Below, in pieces: positions 22,901-35,191 of a stretch of DNA of 64,000 nucleotides; the first letter of the stretch is position 1; the number at the start of each line of letters is the position of its first letter. Below the pieces are notes generated by a model. It saw only the letters and a list, made by a program, of their open reading frames with translations. It searched no databases and was not told the origin of the DNA. The stretch is taken from assembly GCF_000372725.1 (NCBI RefSeq), contig NW_005201176.1:62001-126000 (forward strand), read 5' to 3'. This DNA comes from Emiliania huxleyi CCMP1516 (taxonomy: Eukaryota). The translations under genes were made by a program, and so were the position numbers.

Positions 22901-23587
22901 GGCCGCGGTGGCCGCGCGGGCGCCGTCCGCGGCGCCGCAGAGCCACGAGAGGGAGAGGAGGGCGCGGCACCGCAGCAGCGACCCCGCGGGCGTGGCGGCG
23001 GCGGCCGGCGGGAGCAGCGCCTTGTACACGCCCAGCAGCGCGGCGCGGGCCTCGTCGGCGGCGTCGGCGGCGCCGGCCGTGGAGGGAGGATGGGCCGGCC
23101 GGCCGCCCGCGTCGGAGGCGGCGGGGAAGAGCGCGGTCGGCGCGAGGGCTGCTAGGGGGTGGACCCGCACCGAGCCTGCCGCGGCGGTCGTCAAGTCACG
23201 CCACGCGTCGCCGTCGAGCCGGACCTGGGGCAGTCAACACGGGCGAACAGAGAAACTCACCGGCGGGCCGGCGGCGGTGCGGAGGGGCGAGGAGGAGTGT
23301 GTGGGGCCAGCCCAGGAGGAGGTGGTGAGTCAAGTCCGTGAACCATCAGGCCGCGCCGAGAGGTGCGAGCACATGCAGGGGGGGGGGGGGGGGGAGACCA
23401 GGTGCGTGTCCGCCGACGACGCGCCGCCCGCGCCCGGCTCCGCGCCAATCAGCGTGCCTCTGCGGGCCCCCTTCGCAGTGCCGACGGAGACGCGCGCGCC
23501 CGCATGCGCAACCCAAGTGTGCCCTCCAAGCACGCAGATCGCGCCGAGCGCCTCGGAGGCGGCCCTCCAAGGGAAAGCGGCGGAGGA

Positions 23588-23652
<65 letters not shown>

Positions 23653-24646
23653 CCCCCGGTATCGACGGGAGGATCGGCGGCAACGCCGCCAGCGCCGCCG
23701 CCGCCGCACGCAGCACCTCGGTCCGCCACGGCTCCCCCGACGCCAGGAGGCGGCGCAGCAGCGCGACGCAGCCGTCGCTCACAGTGCGCCACGCCGCCGC
23801 CGGCCGCCAGAGCGTGGGGAGAGGCCGCGGCAGCGGGGCGAGCGGCAGCAGCAGCTCGGAGCCGACCTGGCGAAGCAGCGCGACGGGAAGGCCCCCCTCT
23901 CCGGTCGCTCCGCCGGCGCTGCGGCGGCCGGCGGCCAGGCCTCCGCTGAGCATCGCCTGGAAGAGAGGACGGGCGGGCGGGCGGGCAGAGGGGGGGGGGG
24001 AGCATGAGGAAGGGCCCCGGGCGGTCTGCGGGCTGCCTCCCGCTGAGCTTCGCCTCGAGCGAGGCGAAGGCGCCGGCGTCGGCGTCGGCGTCTGCGGCGC
24101 TCGGCTGCGGCGCGAGTGAGCCTGGAACCGCCTCGGGCGGCGCAGACGGGAGGAGGAGGGCGAGAGCGCGCAGCGCGGCGGCGGCGCAGCGCGGGGACGC
24201 GTGACCCGCAAGGGAGAGCAAGCGCTCGAGCCAGCCCGCGCTACCGAGGGCCGTCCGGGAGCTCGCCGACTCGGCAGCGGCCGCGCAGACCACCGAGAGA
24301 GTGTTGTGCAGCGCCGCCTCCGCCTGCCGAGGTGGCGCCGAGGTGCGGCCGAGGAGCGGCCGAGGAGCGGCTACAGCCGAGATGCAGCCGAGGTGCAGCC
24401 GAGGTGCAACCGTGATCTAGCCGAAGTGCGGCCGAGAGGCGGCCGAGATTCGGCCGAGATCTAGCCGAAGTATTCCGAGGTGCAGCCGGGAGACGGCCGG
24501 AGGGCGTGCGAGGGGCAAGCAACCGCCTGCCGGGAGAGACTAGCCGCGCTCGCGCCGCCGTCAGTGCAGAGAGATCCGCCAAACGCGACCGCAGCGACGG
24601 CCGCCGGCGCCGCCCCGCCGCTCGACGCGACCGGCGGGGAGGCGGA

Positions 24647-24693
<47 letters not shown>

Positions 24694-27600
24694 ATAGCGC
24701 GTCGACAGCTTCGCCCAGCTGCGCGCACGCTAGCCTTGCGCCGGGCGGCGGGGGCGCCTTGCGGCCGTCGTGGGGCTGGAGGAGGCCGCCCAGCGAGGCG
24801 GCGCGCGCAAAGGCGGGGTTCGGCCCTTGAGGCCTAGGAAGCGTCGGCGAAGTGTCGGCGAGGTGTCGGCGAAGTGTCGACGACATGTCTAGGCGAGGTT
24901 CGGCCCTTGAGGCCCTGCGCTCGGGCTGGCCCGCAGGCTCGGAGGAGCGCTGCCTCCGAGCCCCGCGGCGGAGGCAGCGCCGTCGACGAGCCCCCTCGCC
25001 TGCCGCCCGAGGGAGGAGAAGGGGTGTGTGGAGGGGGGCGTGTGCGTGCAGCGGCGGAGAGGGGGAGGGGGGGGGGGGGGGAAAGGTACCCCCCTGCTGC
25101 CCGAGGGAGAGGGCGGCGGCGCAATAGTTGAGGTGCAGCAGGCGGGCGGCGCGTGCGACCGCGTCTCCGCCGCCGCCCTCGCCCGCTCCGCCGCCGCCGG
25201 CAGCGAGCGCCTGCAGCCGCCGCAGCACTCCGCACCGGAGGGCGAGCGGGGTGGCGTCGGCCGGCGCGGCCTGCAGCGCGCACATCGCCAGCCGCGCTGT
25301 CTGCTGCGGCGTCGCACTGTCTGGCTCGGCGGCAAGGTGCAGCACCACCGCGCTGAGGAGCCTCTCGTGCGCCTCCACCAGGGCCGGAGTGGTGCACGCC
25401 GACCAACCCTGCCTGCTGGCGGTGCGGCCGGCGCTCTCCGTTGCCTCGGCCGCCGCAACCTCCCACGCCTCCCGCAGCGCGCTCAGCACACGCGCCGCGG
25501 CCGCCGGGTGGGCGCCGTACACACGCAGCGCCCTGCCACACAGCCGCAAGCCGAGGGCACGCGTCGCGCCGCGCGCCGCGCGGGCGGCGAGGCAGTGTCG
25601 CATCTCTCGCGCCGACACGCGCGAGCGAACCCACTGAAGCACCTCGGCGCAATCTGCAGGCAAGCCCGAGTCGGCGTCCTCCGGGGCCGCCCCGCCGGCC
25701 AACGCCGCCGCAAACTTGGAGGAGGAGGAGGCGAGGCCGGCCGATGCGACCGACGGCGACCGCGCGGCGAGGGGGAGCATCTGTGGCCTCGCGCTGCCGC
25801 GGGAAGCGTGCCTACCAGGCATCGACGAGAAGCGTCTAGCGAGTGTCTAGGGAGTGTCTAGGGAGTGTCTAGGGAGTGTCTAGGGAGTGTCTAGGGAGTG
25901 TCTAGGGAGTGTCAACGAAGTGTCAACGAAGTGTCTAGGAAGTGTAAAGTCCGCCTACTCGTGATGAGCCACTCGCAGCTGGGGAGTGTAGAGAGTGTCT
26001 GGGAAAGTGTCTAGGAAGGCGCCATGCTCGCTCGAGCAGCAAGTCCGCCTGCTCCGCCAAGGCACCGCCCGGCTCGCCTCCTCCCACGACGTAGTCCTCG
26101 CCGCCCACTGACCTGCGGCGAGTGCCGTCGGCACCGCCGCTCGCGTCCGCCCCCTGCTTGGTGTGCTCTGCGAGCGCCGCCTCCCACAGCAGCCGCGCCT
26201 AGGAAGTGTCTAGGAAGTGTCAACGAAGTGTCAACGAGGTGTCTAGGAACCTCCCACAGCAGCCGCGCCTCTGACCATACCGCGGCGAGCGCCTCGACCG
26301 CCTTTGAAAGCTCATCTTGCACCTCCGTCTCGACGGACAAGCGGCCAGTCGCCGCCGCCTCCGCCGCCGCCTCCACCGCACCCTCCGACCTCTCCACCCC
26401 GCCCTGCACCTCCGCCTCCGCCTCCGCCGCCTCCGCCGCCACCTCCGCCTCCGCCTCCGCCTCCGCCTCCGCCGCCTCCGCCGCCACCTCCGCCTCCGCC
26501 TCCGCCGCCGCCGCCGCCGCCTCCGCCGCCGCCGCCGCCGCCTCCGCCGCCTCCGCCGCCGCCTCCGCCGCCACCTCCGCCTCCGCCTCCGCCGCCTCCG
26601 CCGCCACCTCAGCCTCCGCCGCCTCCGCCGCCTCCGCCGCCTCCGCCGCCTCCGCCGCCACCTCCGCCTCCGTCACCTCGACCGCCCCAGCTGCCGCCCC
26701 GCCCGCTGCATCCTCCTCCTCCACTGGCTCTGGCTCACCACCTGTCCCAGCCTCCGACCCTCCCACCTCCACCTCCGCCACCTCCGCCACCTCCGCCACC
26801 TCCGCCACCTCCGCCACCTCCGCCACCTCCTCTTCCTGCAGCTGTGCCGCCGCGGTGATCTCCGCCGCAATCTCCTCCACCCCCTCGGCTTTTGAGTCCG
26901 CGCCGTCGCCCTCGCCGCCGCCGCCGTCGCCGCCGTTGCCCTTGTCGCCGTCGCCCTTGCCGCCCAGCCCCCCCGCCCCTCCGTCCACCGGCACTGGGAT
27001 CAGAACCACAGCGGGCACCTCCCCCTCCGCGCCGCCGCCCTCGCGCGCAGCCACCTGCGCCGCCGCCTGCGCCGCCGACAGCGACTCGGCGGCGGCAGCG
27101 GCCTCCGCGACGCCGCCTCGCGCGATGAGGAGCCACGCAAAGAGCGTGCGCAGCGCGCGCGCCGCCGGAGCGGAGGAGGCGACGCCAACCCACTCACCCG
27201 CGTGGCGCACGCTGTCGCCGCCGTGTAGCCGTGACAGCAACTCCACCGCCTGGCCCTCGCCAGCCACCAGCGACGCGACCACACGCCGCTCGACGCCCTC
27301 GGCTGCCGCCGCAGCGGCGGCGGCGGCCTCGGCGGCGGCCCCGTGCGGCGGCGGCGGAGGCGGTGGCGCCAGCAGCGCCTCGAGCTCAGCCGTGGAGCCG
27401 CGCTGCTCGGAGCCTCCTCGCTCGCCCGACGAGGTCCGGTGCGGTCCCAGCGGGGCGCGCGCGCGCGGGTCGTCGCACGCCGCGGCGGGGAAGAGACGGG
27501 AGCCGTGCAGCCACCTCGCGTGGCGCAGCTCGGCGGCGGATGGAGGCTGCGCCAGCGCAAGCATCGCGCCATACCGAGCGAGGAGGTTCGAGACAGCGAG

Positions 27601-30175
27601 CGAGAGGCGCGGCACTGGAGATCCTCCGCCGCCACCTCCCCCTCGGGGCTCGACCGCCCTCACCTCGAGCCGCCACCCGTACACGTCAGGCCGGCGCGCC
27701 GCCTCCGCCGCGCCGCCCGCGGCCAAGGTCAGTCGCAAGTTGCCGGGTGCGTCGGTGCCCTCGGCCGCAACGCCGCCCGCCGCCGCCCCCGACACGTCGC
27801 CCGCCTCCGAGGACCCGCCCGCACGATGGCGCTGCGGATGCGGCGACGCGTCCTCCGCAACCGCGTGCAGCAGCAGCGGCGACGACGCCTCCCCCTTCTC
27901 CTCGAGCAGTGGCGGGGCGCCGCCCCCCCGCTCCGCGCGCCCCTCCGCCTCGCTCGCCGCACGGGCGATCAGAGGCCTCGCGCCGCCGCCGCCGCCGTCC
28001 TCGCCAGCCCGCGCCCCCCCCTCGCCTCCCGCGCCGGCGTCGTCCTCCGCCGCCTCGTCCTCGGCCTCTGCCGCCTCCGCCTCTACCTCCTCCCCGCCAC
28101 CCTTCGCCTCCGCCTCTACCTCCACGGCCGCCGCCTCCGCCGCCGCCGCCTCCGGCTCCGCCGCAGCCGGCTCCTCCGCACCGCGCGGCGCCCGCACGGC
28201 CGCCGTCGCCGCCGCCGCCTCCGCGTCGCCGCGGCGGAGGTAGAGCAGGGTGCAAGCGCCTCCTTCGATGACGACGTCGCGCCTCGGCCACCGCCCCGCC
28301 GGACCGCAAAGAAGGATCCGCCGCCCGCGCCGCTCGGTCGCGGCGGCTGCTGCCTCGGCGAGCAAGCTGCGCGCCTCGGCGCCGACCTCCTCCTGCAGCG
28401 GCCCGCTGTGCGCCTGTTCACAGCGAGAGCCGTGAAGAGGCGCGCCTCACCCTCCTCCTGCGCCGATCGGCTCCTCACCTCGACCATCTCCCGCACGGCG
28501 GCGGCGGCGACGGCCGGGTCGCCGAGCTGGCGCAGCTTGACGCGGGCAGCAGAGAGGAGAGCCGTCGCCCGGCGCGACGCGGCGTAGATGGCCATGTACA
28601 GCGAGTAGGCGGCGGCGCCGTTGCCCTCCGACTCCATGCGGGCCGCGCGTCGCTCGAGCGCCGCAGAGTCGCGGGCAGGGCCCCCGTAGATTGCAGCCTA
28701 CGAGATACGGGGAGATATGGGGAGATATGGGGAGATATGGGAGATATGGGGAGATATGGGCAGGCTACGAGGTGAATCCGCCAAGGTCTGGGCGAGACTA
28801 CGGCGGAGTGCGCGTCCTCTCGAGCGCTGGCTGGAAGACAGGAGCACGTCTTCCGCTTCTAGGGATGGCAGCCTCATCCGACAGGCACCAGCGGGGCGGC
28901 AGCGGAGGCGCGTCCAGCTGCAGGAGGATCGAGTCGCCCGGCGGAAGCTCGCAGCGAATGTCGCACCGAACCACCAGCTGCGACGCACCGTGCACCTCGA
29001 TGCGCCGTCGGAGCGACGCGCCACCGCCGCCTCCTCCGCCACCGCCTCCTGCGCCTACGCCGCCGCCGCCTCCTCCCCCGCCGCCATCCAACCGCGGCAG
29101 CGGATGCGCAGACTCCACCACGGTCGGCGCCGCCGCCGGGGCCGCCCCCGCGCCGCTATCTTCGCTGCTCCCCCGCTCAGCGCGCGAGCTGCTCGCGGCC
29201 GCGCGACCGGCGGCCGGCGTCCTCCCCTCTGCGGCGGCGGCGAGTCGGAGCTCCTCGAGCGAGTGCGAGAGGTCGCAGAGGGAGGGCGCGAGCGCCGCCG
29301 CCCACTTGAGCCGCGGCGCCGCCACCAGCAGGCAGTCCAGCAGCGGAGGCAGCAGCACCTGTTCTCATGATGAATGAGGGATGGGCGACGACCCACTCGC
29401 AACCGGTCGAGCAGCGGAGGCAGCAGCACCGAGAGGAAGGTGCCGCGCAAGGCAGTGTGCGGGTCGGCTCCGGCGGCGCGCGTCGCGTCGCACAGCGCGC
29501 GCGCCTCGGAGAGCAGCGCGACGGCAGTGCGTAGCAGCGCCGACGCGGCGGGGCGGTCGATTGGCGAGGTGCCGCGCCCGCTGTCGCCGCCGGGCCGCCT
29601 GCGCTGCCGCCTCCCCGCCCCGCCGAGGCCTTGGGCCCCGCCCGAGGGAGGGGGCGGGAAGAGCTCGCCGCCGCCGCCGCCCGCCTCCTCCTCCATCGCC
29701 TCTGCTACCTCGGAGAGCTCGCTCAGGTTGTCCTCCTCCTCCTCCGCCCACGCCACCTCCTCCGCCCCCCCCGCCACCATCGCCCTGCCCGCCGCGTCCG
29801 CGCCGGAAGGCGAGGCGGCGACCAAATTCACGCGCACAGACAGCTCGGTGAGCGACGCGGAGAGAAGGGCGAGCGCCGCCGGCGCCCCCTCTGGAGCGGC
29901 TTCCCCCGCCACCGCGGCGCGCGCGGCGACGACGACGGCGTCGACAGCGGCGACGAGGAGCTCCGCCTGCGGCTCTATCGTCGACACGTCGCCCTCGTGC
30001 CCCAAGAGCAGCGACCCGTCTTCTGCGCCGCCCTCGTCCTCCTCCTCGTCGTCTGGCAAACCATCGAGCGGAGCCAGCTCGGCGGGCAGCGGCACTAGCA
30101 GCTCGGAGCAACGCGGCGCGACGGCGGCGAGCTGCATCAGACCGCCGTGCAGCAGCGACACCGCGTCGTTGGCGT

Positions 30176-30214
<39 letters not shown>

Positions 30215-33200
30215 GCAAAACGCGGAGGGTGGCGGAGGCGGAGAGGAGCAGCTGGGCGAGCTCGGTGCGGCGCGAGAAGAAGAGTTCGTGGCCAGCAAAG
30301 AGGACGCAGACGGCCTCGCGCTGCACTGCACGCCACACCGCCTCTCCCCGCGCCCCGCCGGCCGCAGCCGAAGCCGGCACAGCCTCCGCCGCGACCAGAG
30401 CGAGCAACGGGCCGCGCAGCCGCCGCAGCGTCTGCGACCCCTCGCCTGTAGCTCCGCCGCCGCCACCAGCCGAGTCACCGCCGCCCCGCCCCACCGGGTA
30501 GGAGGCCGGGACGCGGCTGCCAGAGCGCAACAGACTGCGCCCGCTCGCAGCCTCCGGCGCCGCTTGCGCTCGACGCAGCAAGCAGTCGCGCGCCTCGCGA
30601 GCAGTCAGTGCGCCAGCGTGCCGCAGCGCCAGAAGATGGACCGTCAGCAGCCGCAGCGCACTCAGCGCAGCTCCGAGCGGGTACAGCGCGGCGCTACCAC
30701 CACCGCCACTGCCACCGCCCTCACCACCGCCGCCTCCACCGCCCTCGCCGCCGCCGCCTTCCTCTGCGTCGGCGGCGAGGGTGGCGTCGAGGGAGGGCGG
30801 CGGCGGCGGCCGGACGAGGGGCGAGCAGAGCTGGAGACAGACGGTGACCAATGTGCGGAGCGAGGCGGGGTCGCAATCGAGCGAGAGCGGCGAGAAGAGC
30901 AGAGGCGACGCGCCGCCGCCCCCTCCCCCGCCCCCGCCCCCTCCTCCCCCTCCTCCTCCCCCCCCTCCTCCGCCGCTGCCTCCGCCTCCGCCTCCGCCTC
31001 CTCCCATCACGCAGAGAGAGCTCACGAGCGCACGCACGTCGGCGCTTGATCGCAGCGGGCCGCACACGCCGCGCGCCGCGCCCTCCGCCTCAGCGGTAGC
31101 GGCAGCGGTGGCGGCAGCGGCAGCGGCAGCGGTGAAGAAAGGCTCGAGCGGCGCAGCGAAGGCGGCGCAAGACGCCAGCATCGCCGCGGCCGCCTGCTGC
31201 GGCGTGAGCTGCGGGGCGAGCTCCTATGGGGTTCATGAGTCCTCGTCACATCTCCAGGGTCCACTCTGTGCTTCGCTGCGGCAGCTGCGGGGCGAGCTCC
31301 GGGCTTGGCGGAGGGACGGAGCGGGAGGGCCTTCGCTGCGGCCCCGTGCTCCGCACGCTCCGCACCAGCAGCGCGGCCGGCGGCAGGCCGAGCGCCTGAA
31401 GGGGCGATGCGTGGGGATCACCAAGGAGGTGGGGAGGTGGGGGGGGCGGGCGGGNNNNNNNNNNNNNNNNNNNNNNNNNNNNNNNNNNNNNNNNNNNNNN
31501 NNNNNNNNNNNNNNNNNNNNNNNNNNNNNNNNNNNNNNNNNNNNNNNNNNNNNNGGGGGGGGAAAAGCGCAAGGGACTTCAACAATACCTGGAGAGATTC
31601 CGCAGGGACACGCTTGCTTAGGTTTGGGCAGCCAGGCCACCTAAGGTCTAGCCGATCTTAAGGAGGGGGGCAGAAGGGGGCGGTGCGGGCTCGTCGGGGT
31701 GCGAGGCGAGGCGGGGTCCGGGGAGAGGACGAGGCGGGACATGTCCGGGACACGTCCCGCCGCCGCCTCCGCCCCCGCGCCGCCGGTAGCGGCGGCGGCG
31801 GCGGCGGAGGCGGCGGAGGCGGCGGCGGCGGAGGCGGCGGCGGAGGTGGTGGCGGAGGTGGTGGCGGAGGTGGTGGCGGTGGCGGCCGCAGTGGAGGCTA
31901 GGGATCGCTGCAGCCTCGCCAGCCGGTAGGAGATGCCTGGTGCGGCGGCGGTGGCGGCGGCGGGCGGTGGCGGCGGTCCGGCGAGGAGGTGGGAGGCGGC
32001 GAGGAGGGGGTGACGCAAGCATCCCGCCGCCTCGCCCATCGCGAGGAGCGTCTGCAGCGCGGTCCACCAGTCCTCCCGTGCCGACTCCACAGCCGGGTCA
32101 AAGCTGTGGCCTGCTCCTCCGCCTCCTCCGCCTCCACCGCCACCACCACCGCCACCACCACCGCCACCGCCCGCCGCCGCCGCCCCTCCTCCTCCTCCCG
32201 CCGCGGGTGCGAGCCGCCGCAGCAGCATCCTCAGCTTGCGCTCGACCTCGTGGCAAACCGGCAGCAGGCCGTCGGCAGGGACGGGCGGGGGTGGGGCGAG
32301 GCCGAGCGTGCCGCGGCCCGGCACGCTGCGAGCGCGGAGGAACGGGAAGCCGACCGTCTCGATCCGGTCCTAGGGTCAGCGGCTCAACCGGTGCCGGTGG
32401 GTGGACGCACACTCGCCTCATCTCGGCTGTGCCTCGGCTGTGCCTCGGCTGTGCCTCGGCTGTGCCTCGGCTGTGCCTCGGCTGCCTCTCGGCTGCCTCT
32501 CGGCTGCCTCTCGGCTGCCTCTCGGCTGCCTCTCGGCTGCCTCTCGGCTGCCTCTCGGCTGCCTCTCGGCTGCCTCTCGGCTGCCTCTCGGCTGCCTCTC
32601 GGCTGCCTCTCGGCTTCCTCTCGGCTGCCTCTCGGCTATCTCTCGGCTGCCTCTCGGCTATCTCTCGGCTGCATCTCGGTTCGGCTATCTCCTTGAGGCG
32701 GACGAGGTGCGACATGCGCGGGCCGAAGAGTCCGGACGTGTACAGCTCGAGCAGCTCGCTCGCCGCCGCGTGGCGAAGGATCGAAGACAGAGCGTGCTCG
32801 TGCCAGCTCTCGCGTACCCAGCTGCTCGGGTCGTACTGAGCGCTATACGTCCGAAGCAGCGTCACACCTCCGCCTCCTCCTCCTCCGCCGCCTCCGCCTC
32901 CTCCGCTGCGCAGCCGGGCGCCTCCCGCGCGAGAAGACGTCCCCGCCTCGGCGGCAGGCGCCGCCGCCGCCGCCGCGTCAGGAGACGCTAGCAGCCGCCT
33001 CGCAACCGCCGCTAGCAGCCGCTGCCTCGCAGCGACGCCCTCTGCGGCGTCCGCGTCGGGCCTCGCTCCGTTGGCGGGAGGAGGGAGCATGAGCTCGCAC
33101 TCGAGCAGCGCCGAGATGCACCGGCGCAGCTCGCTCCCCGCCGACGCCAGCGCGTGCGCCTGCGTGCTGAGCAGGCTCAGCTGGTCGGCAGCCGCGTCGC

Positions 33201-33456
33201 GGGCTGCGGGACTCCACCCTCGAGCCTTGAGGGCGGCCCGCCGCTCCGAGCGCGGGTCGAGGGCGGTGTGCGAGCCGTGCCGGTCGACAAAGACCGTCCC
33301 GCGCGTCCCGACATCCAGCCGCTGGCCCCAGCCGAGAGGGAGCAGAGCCGCGTCGCCCTCGGGAAGCCTTGCCGGCGGCGCGCCTCCCAGCACCGCCGCC
33401 GCGTCCGCAGAGGGGTTCGAAGCGGCGCGTGCGTGGCCGGTGCCCTCGGGCAGCAT
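15923..33456 (-). CDS. Giant multi-exon HECT E3 ubiquitin ligase with a UBA-like domain
   Basis: HECT motifs GFRVKFVGEAGDDYGGLYREAF, FLKFIWGR.RLP and LPVAHTCFFSIEWPKY..LSYAITHC at 15923-17450. UBA-like KALRLSRGNPDAAVSWLM near 21650. Chained Ala/Gly-rich minus-strand exons run up to ATG 33456. The gene spans two gaps, so a single gene is inferred. Confidence 0.75.
19249..19577 (-). repeat. Inverted copy of the Kelch 3' end + UTR + retroposon tail (about 13397-13724) next to a gap
   Basis: Reverse complement of the Kelch gene end, with a local cluster of mismatches. Confidence 0.85.
21725..21870. repeat. 10-mer tandem repeat (GCCGAGAGGA-like), probably intronic
   Basis: About 14 degenerate units inside the HECT gene. 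Confidence 0.85.
24326..24490. repeat. 11-mer tandem repeat (GCCGAGGTGCA-like), probably intronic
   Basis: Degenerate units; same family as 32420-32690 in the opposite orientation. Confidence 0.75.
25833..26018. repeat. 11-mer tandem repeat (GTCTAGGRAGT)n family
   Basis: Related arrays at 21270-21303, 21377-21411, 24834-24895 and 26199-26250, in both orientations. Confidence 0.85.
28702..28760. repeat. 10-mer tandem repeat (GGGGAGATAT)n, probably intronic
   Basis: About 6 units. Confidence 0.85.
32420..32690. repeat. 11-mer tandem repeat (CTCGGCTGCCT / CTCGGCTGTGC)n, probably intronic
   Basis: About 24 units in the first inferred HECT intron. Confidence 0.9.
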
Positions 33457-34588
33457 TCGGCGCGGTTGACAGGCGCTTCACGAGATCGAGCGTCGGCGTT
33501 CGCGCGAGAGAGGGTTTGTCGGCCAAACCAGGACATGAAAAAAAGAATTTTACGAGCGCGAAGAACGCTGGGCACGGGACTGGCGACGAGAGTGGGACGG
33601 CCGCGAGGTGGCACGAAGGTTGAAGCGAGAATCGGAGAGAGACTGCGAAGAGAGATAGGAAGAGGCAGACTCCCTAGGGTAGGCGACGGCTAGCGCATCA
33701 CACTCCTCTCCTTAAAATCCCTGTGTGGTGGCGGCGTGCCGTTCTCCCATCCCTCCCTTGGGTTGTCTGTTTTCTTTCTTTCTTTTTTTTACGGGACTGG
33801 CGCGCACTGGCACTAACACAAAAAATACAGCAGACAAGCGCGTTGGTGTCCAGTCCGAGCCTGGCTGTTCTTCACCTTTCTACCTACCTCCCTAGACAGG
33901 CTCGACACAGGTCGGACTTAAAAGATGAAGAGAAATCTCTCTCTCTCTAAAAGATGCCACTGGGACGCACTGGCACTAACACAGGTACACCCAAAAAAGA
34001 ACATTGAGAAGAAGAAGCGGAGTTTTAAAAACAAGAACCGAAAGAAAGGAACAGAAATCGTGAGTAGAGACGGAGGAAGAAGCCCTCGCTAAGAAGCGCA
34101 ACGCATCGTCTGCCCTGAACAGGGCTCCAGGCCCCAAATGACGTGTGAGTGTTAGATTTGTTTGGTATTGCTAAAAATCTCTCTCGCGCTCTTCGACGGG
34201 GGCTCGGGGTACGGGTGGGATTCCTCTTCGGGGGGCGGCGCCTTCTTCTAGGTAGGCGCCCTTGACCCAACATAGAGGGCGTTGTGGGCCTAGCTTTTGG
34301 TATAATATAAAAAATCGGGCGCGCGGGAAGCACAGAGCCGATCACACATAGAAAAGAATTTTACAACAAAGCTCCCTCGCACAACACTGGGCACGGGACT
34401 GGCGCGCACTGGCACTAACACAGGTACACCACGGTTAAAACAACGAATTCTCGAAAAAAGGCATGTAAATCGGGACGCCGTGACAAGTCCGACAGAGATT
34501 GCCGAGTCGTTCTGCAAAAACTGACTCCTCTTCGACTCTCGTGCGGCGGTCGGTACCGTGCCTCCCACGCCTGCGCTCCGATCCCGCC

Positions 34589-35191
34589 ATGCTGGACGCT
34601 GACGGCTTGCGAGTCGAGCTTCAGCTCGCCGCGGCGGTGCTGATCCAGGTTCGCGTGCGGAAGGTGCAGCAGCGCCGACAGGAGTGCACCATCTGCCTCG
34701 AGCCGATGGAGAGGCCGACTCCCTGGCCTGCAGGCTGCGTGCATTACTTTTGCCACCACTGCGTGACGCGGTGCGCCCACGCCGACCGCTCGCTGCGCTG
34801 CCCCCTCTGCCGCAAGGCGCCGCCGCCTCCGGCCAAACCACCGCCGCTAAAATGGTACGTGGTCGCCACTCCGACTGGAGGGATGGTCGCCTGCCTTTGC
34901 CCGACAGAGCGGGATGGGCTGCAGGCAGCGAATGACACGTTTGACCACGAGTTCAGCCGGATGGTCGAGCTGACCACCGACGACTACTGGCGCCTCCTTC
35001 ATCGGCGTGGCCCGCCGCCGCGACTGAGGTTGCGCGATCGGGCGGTGGCGAGGCTCCGCCTGCCCGGGCGGCCAAGGCGGCCAGCGACGGTCCCCGCGTG
35101 GCGTTTTCGCGTCCCGCGCCCCGGACCGTTCGAGAGCGCGCTCATCTTTCTCGGGGAAGGCGTCGAAGAACTCCTGGAGCTCTTCGAATGA
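34589..35191 (+). CDS. C3HC4 RING-finger protein with an IQ-like N-terminal motif
   Basis: AAVLIQVRVR, then CTICLEPM...CVHYFCHHC...CPLCR. ATG at 34589. Confidence 0.8.
   Translation: MLDADGLRVELQLAAAVLIQVRVRKVQQRRQECTICLEPMERPTPWPAGCVHYFCHHCVTRCAHADRSLRCPLCRKAPPPPAKPPPLKWYVVATPTGGMVACLCPTERDGLQAANDTFDHEFSRMVELTTDDYWRLLHRRGPPPRLRLRDRAVARLRLPGRPRRPATVPAWRFRVPRPGPFESALIFLGEGVEELLELFE

Noticed and set aside
21891..30501. Very long plus-strand ORFs (e.g. 21891-24119, 26024-28243, 29374-30501)
   Set aside because: Antisense shadows of GC-rich Ala/Gly-coding HECT exons; low-complexity translations with no motifs.
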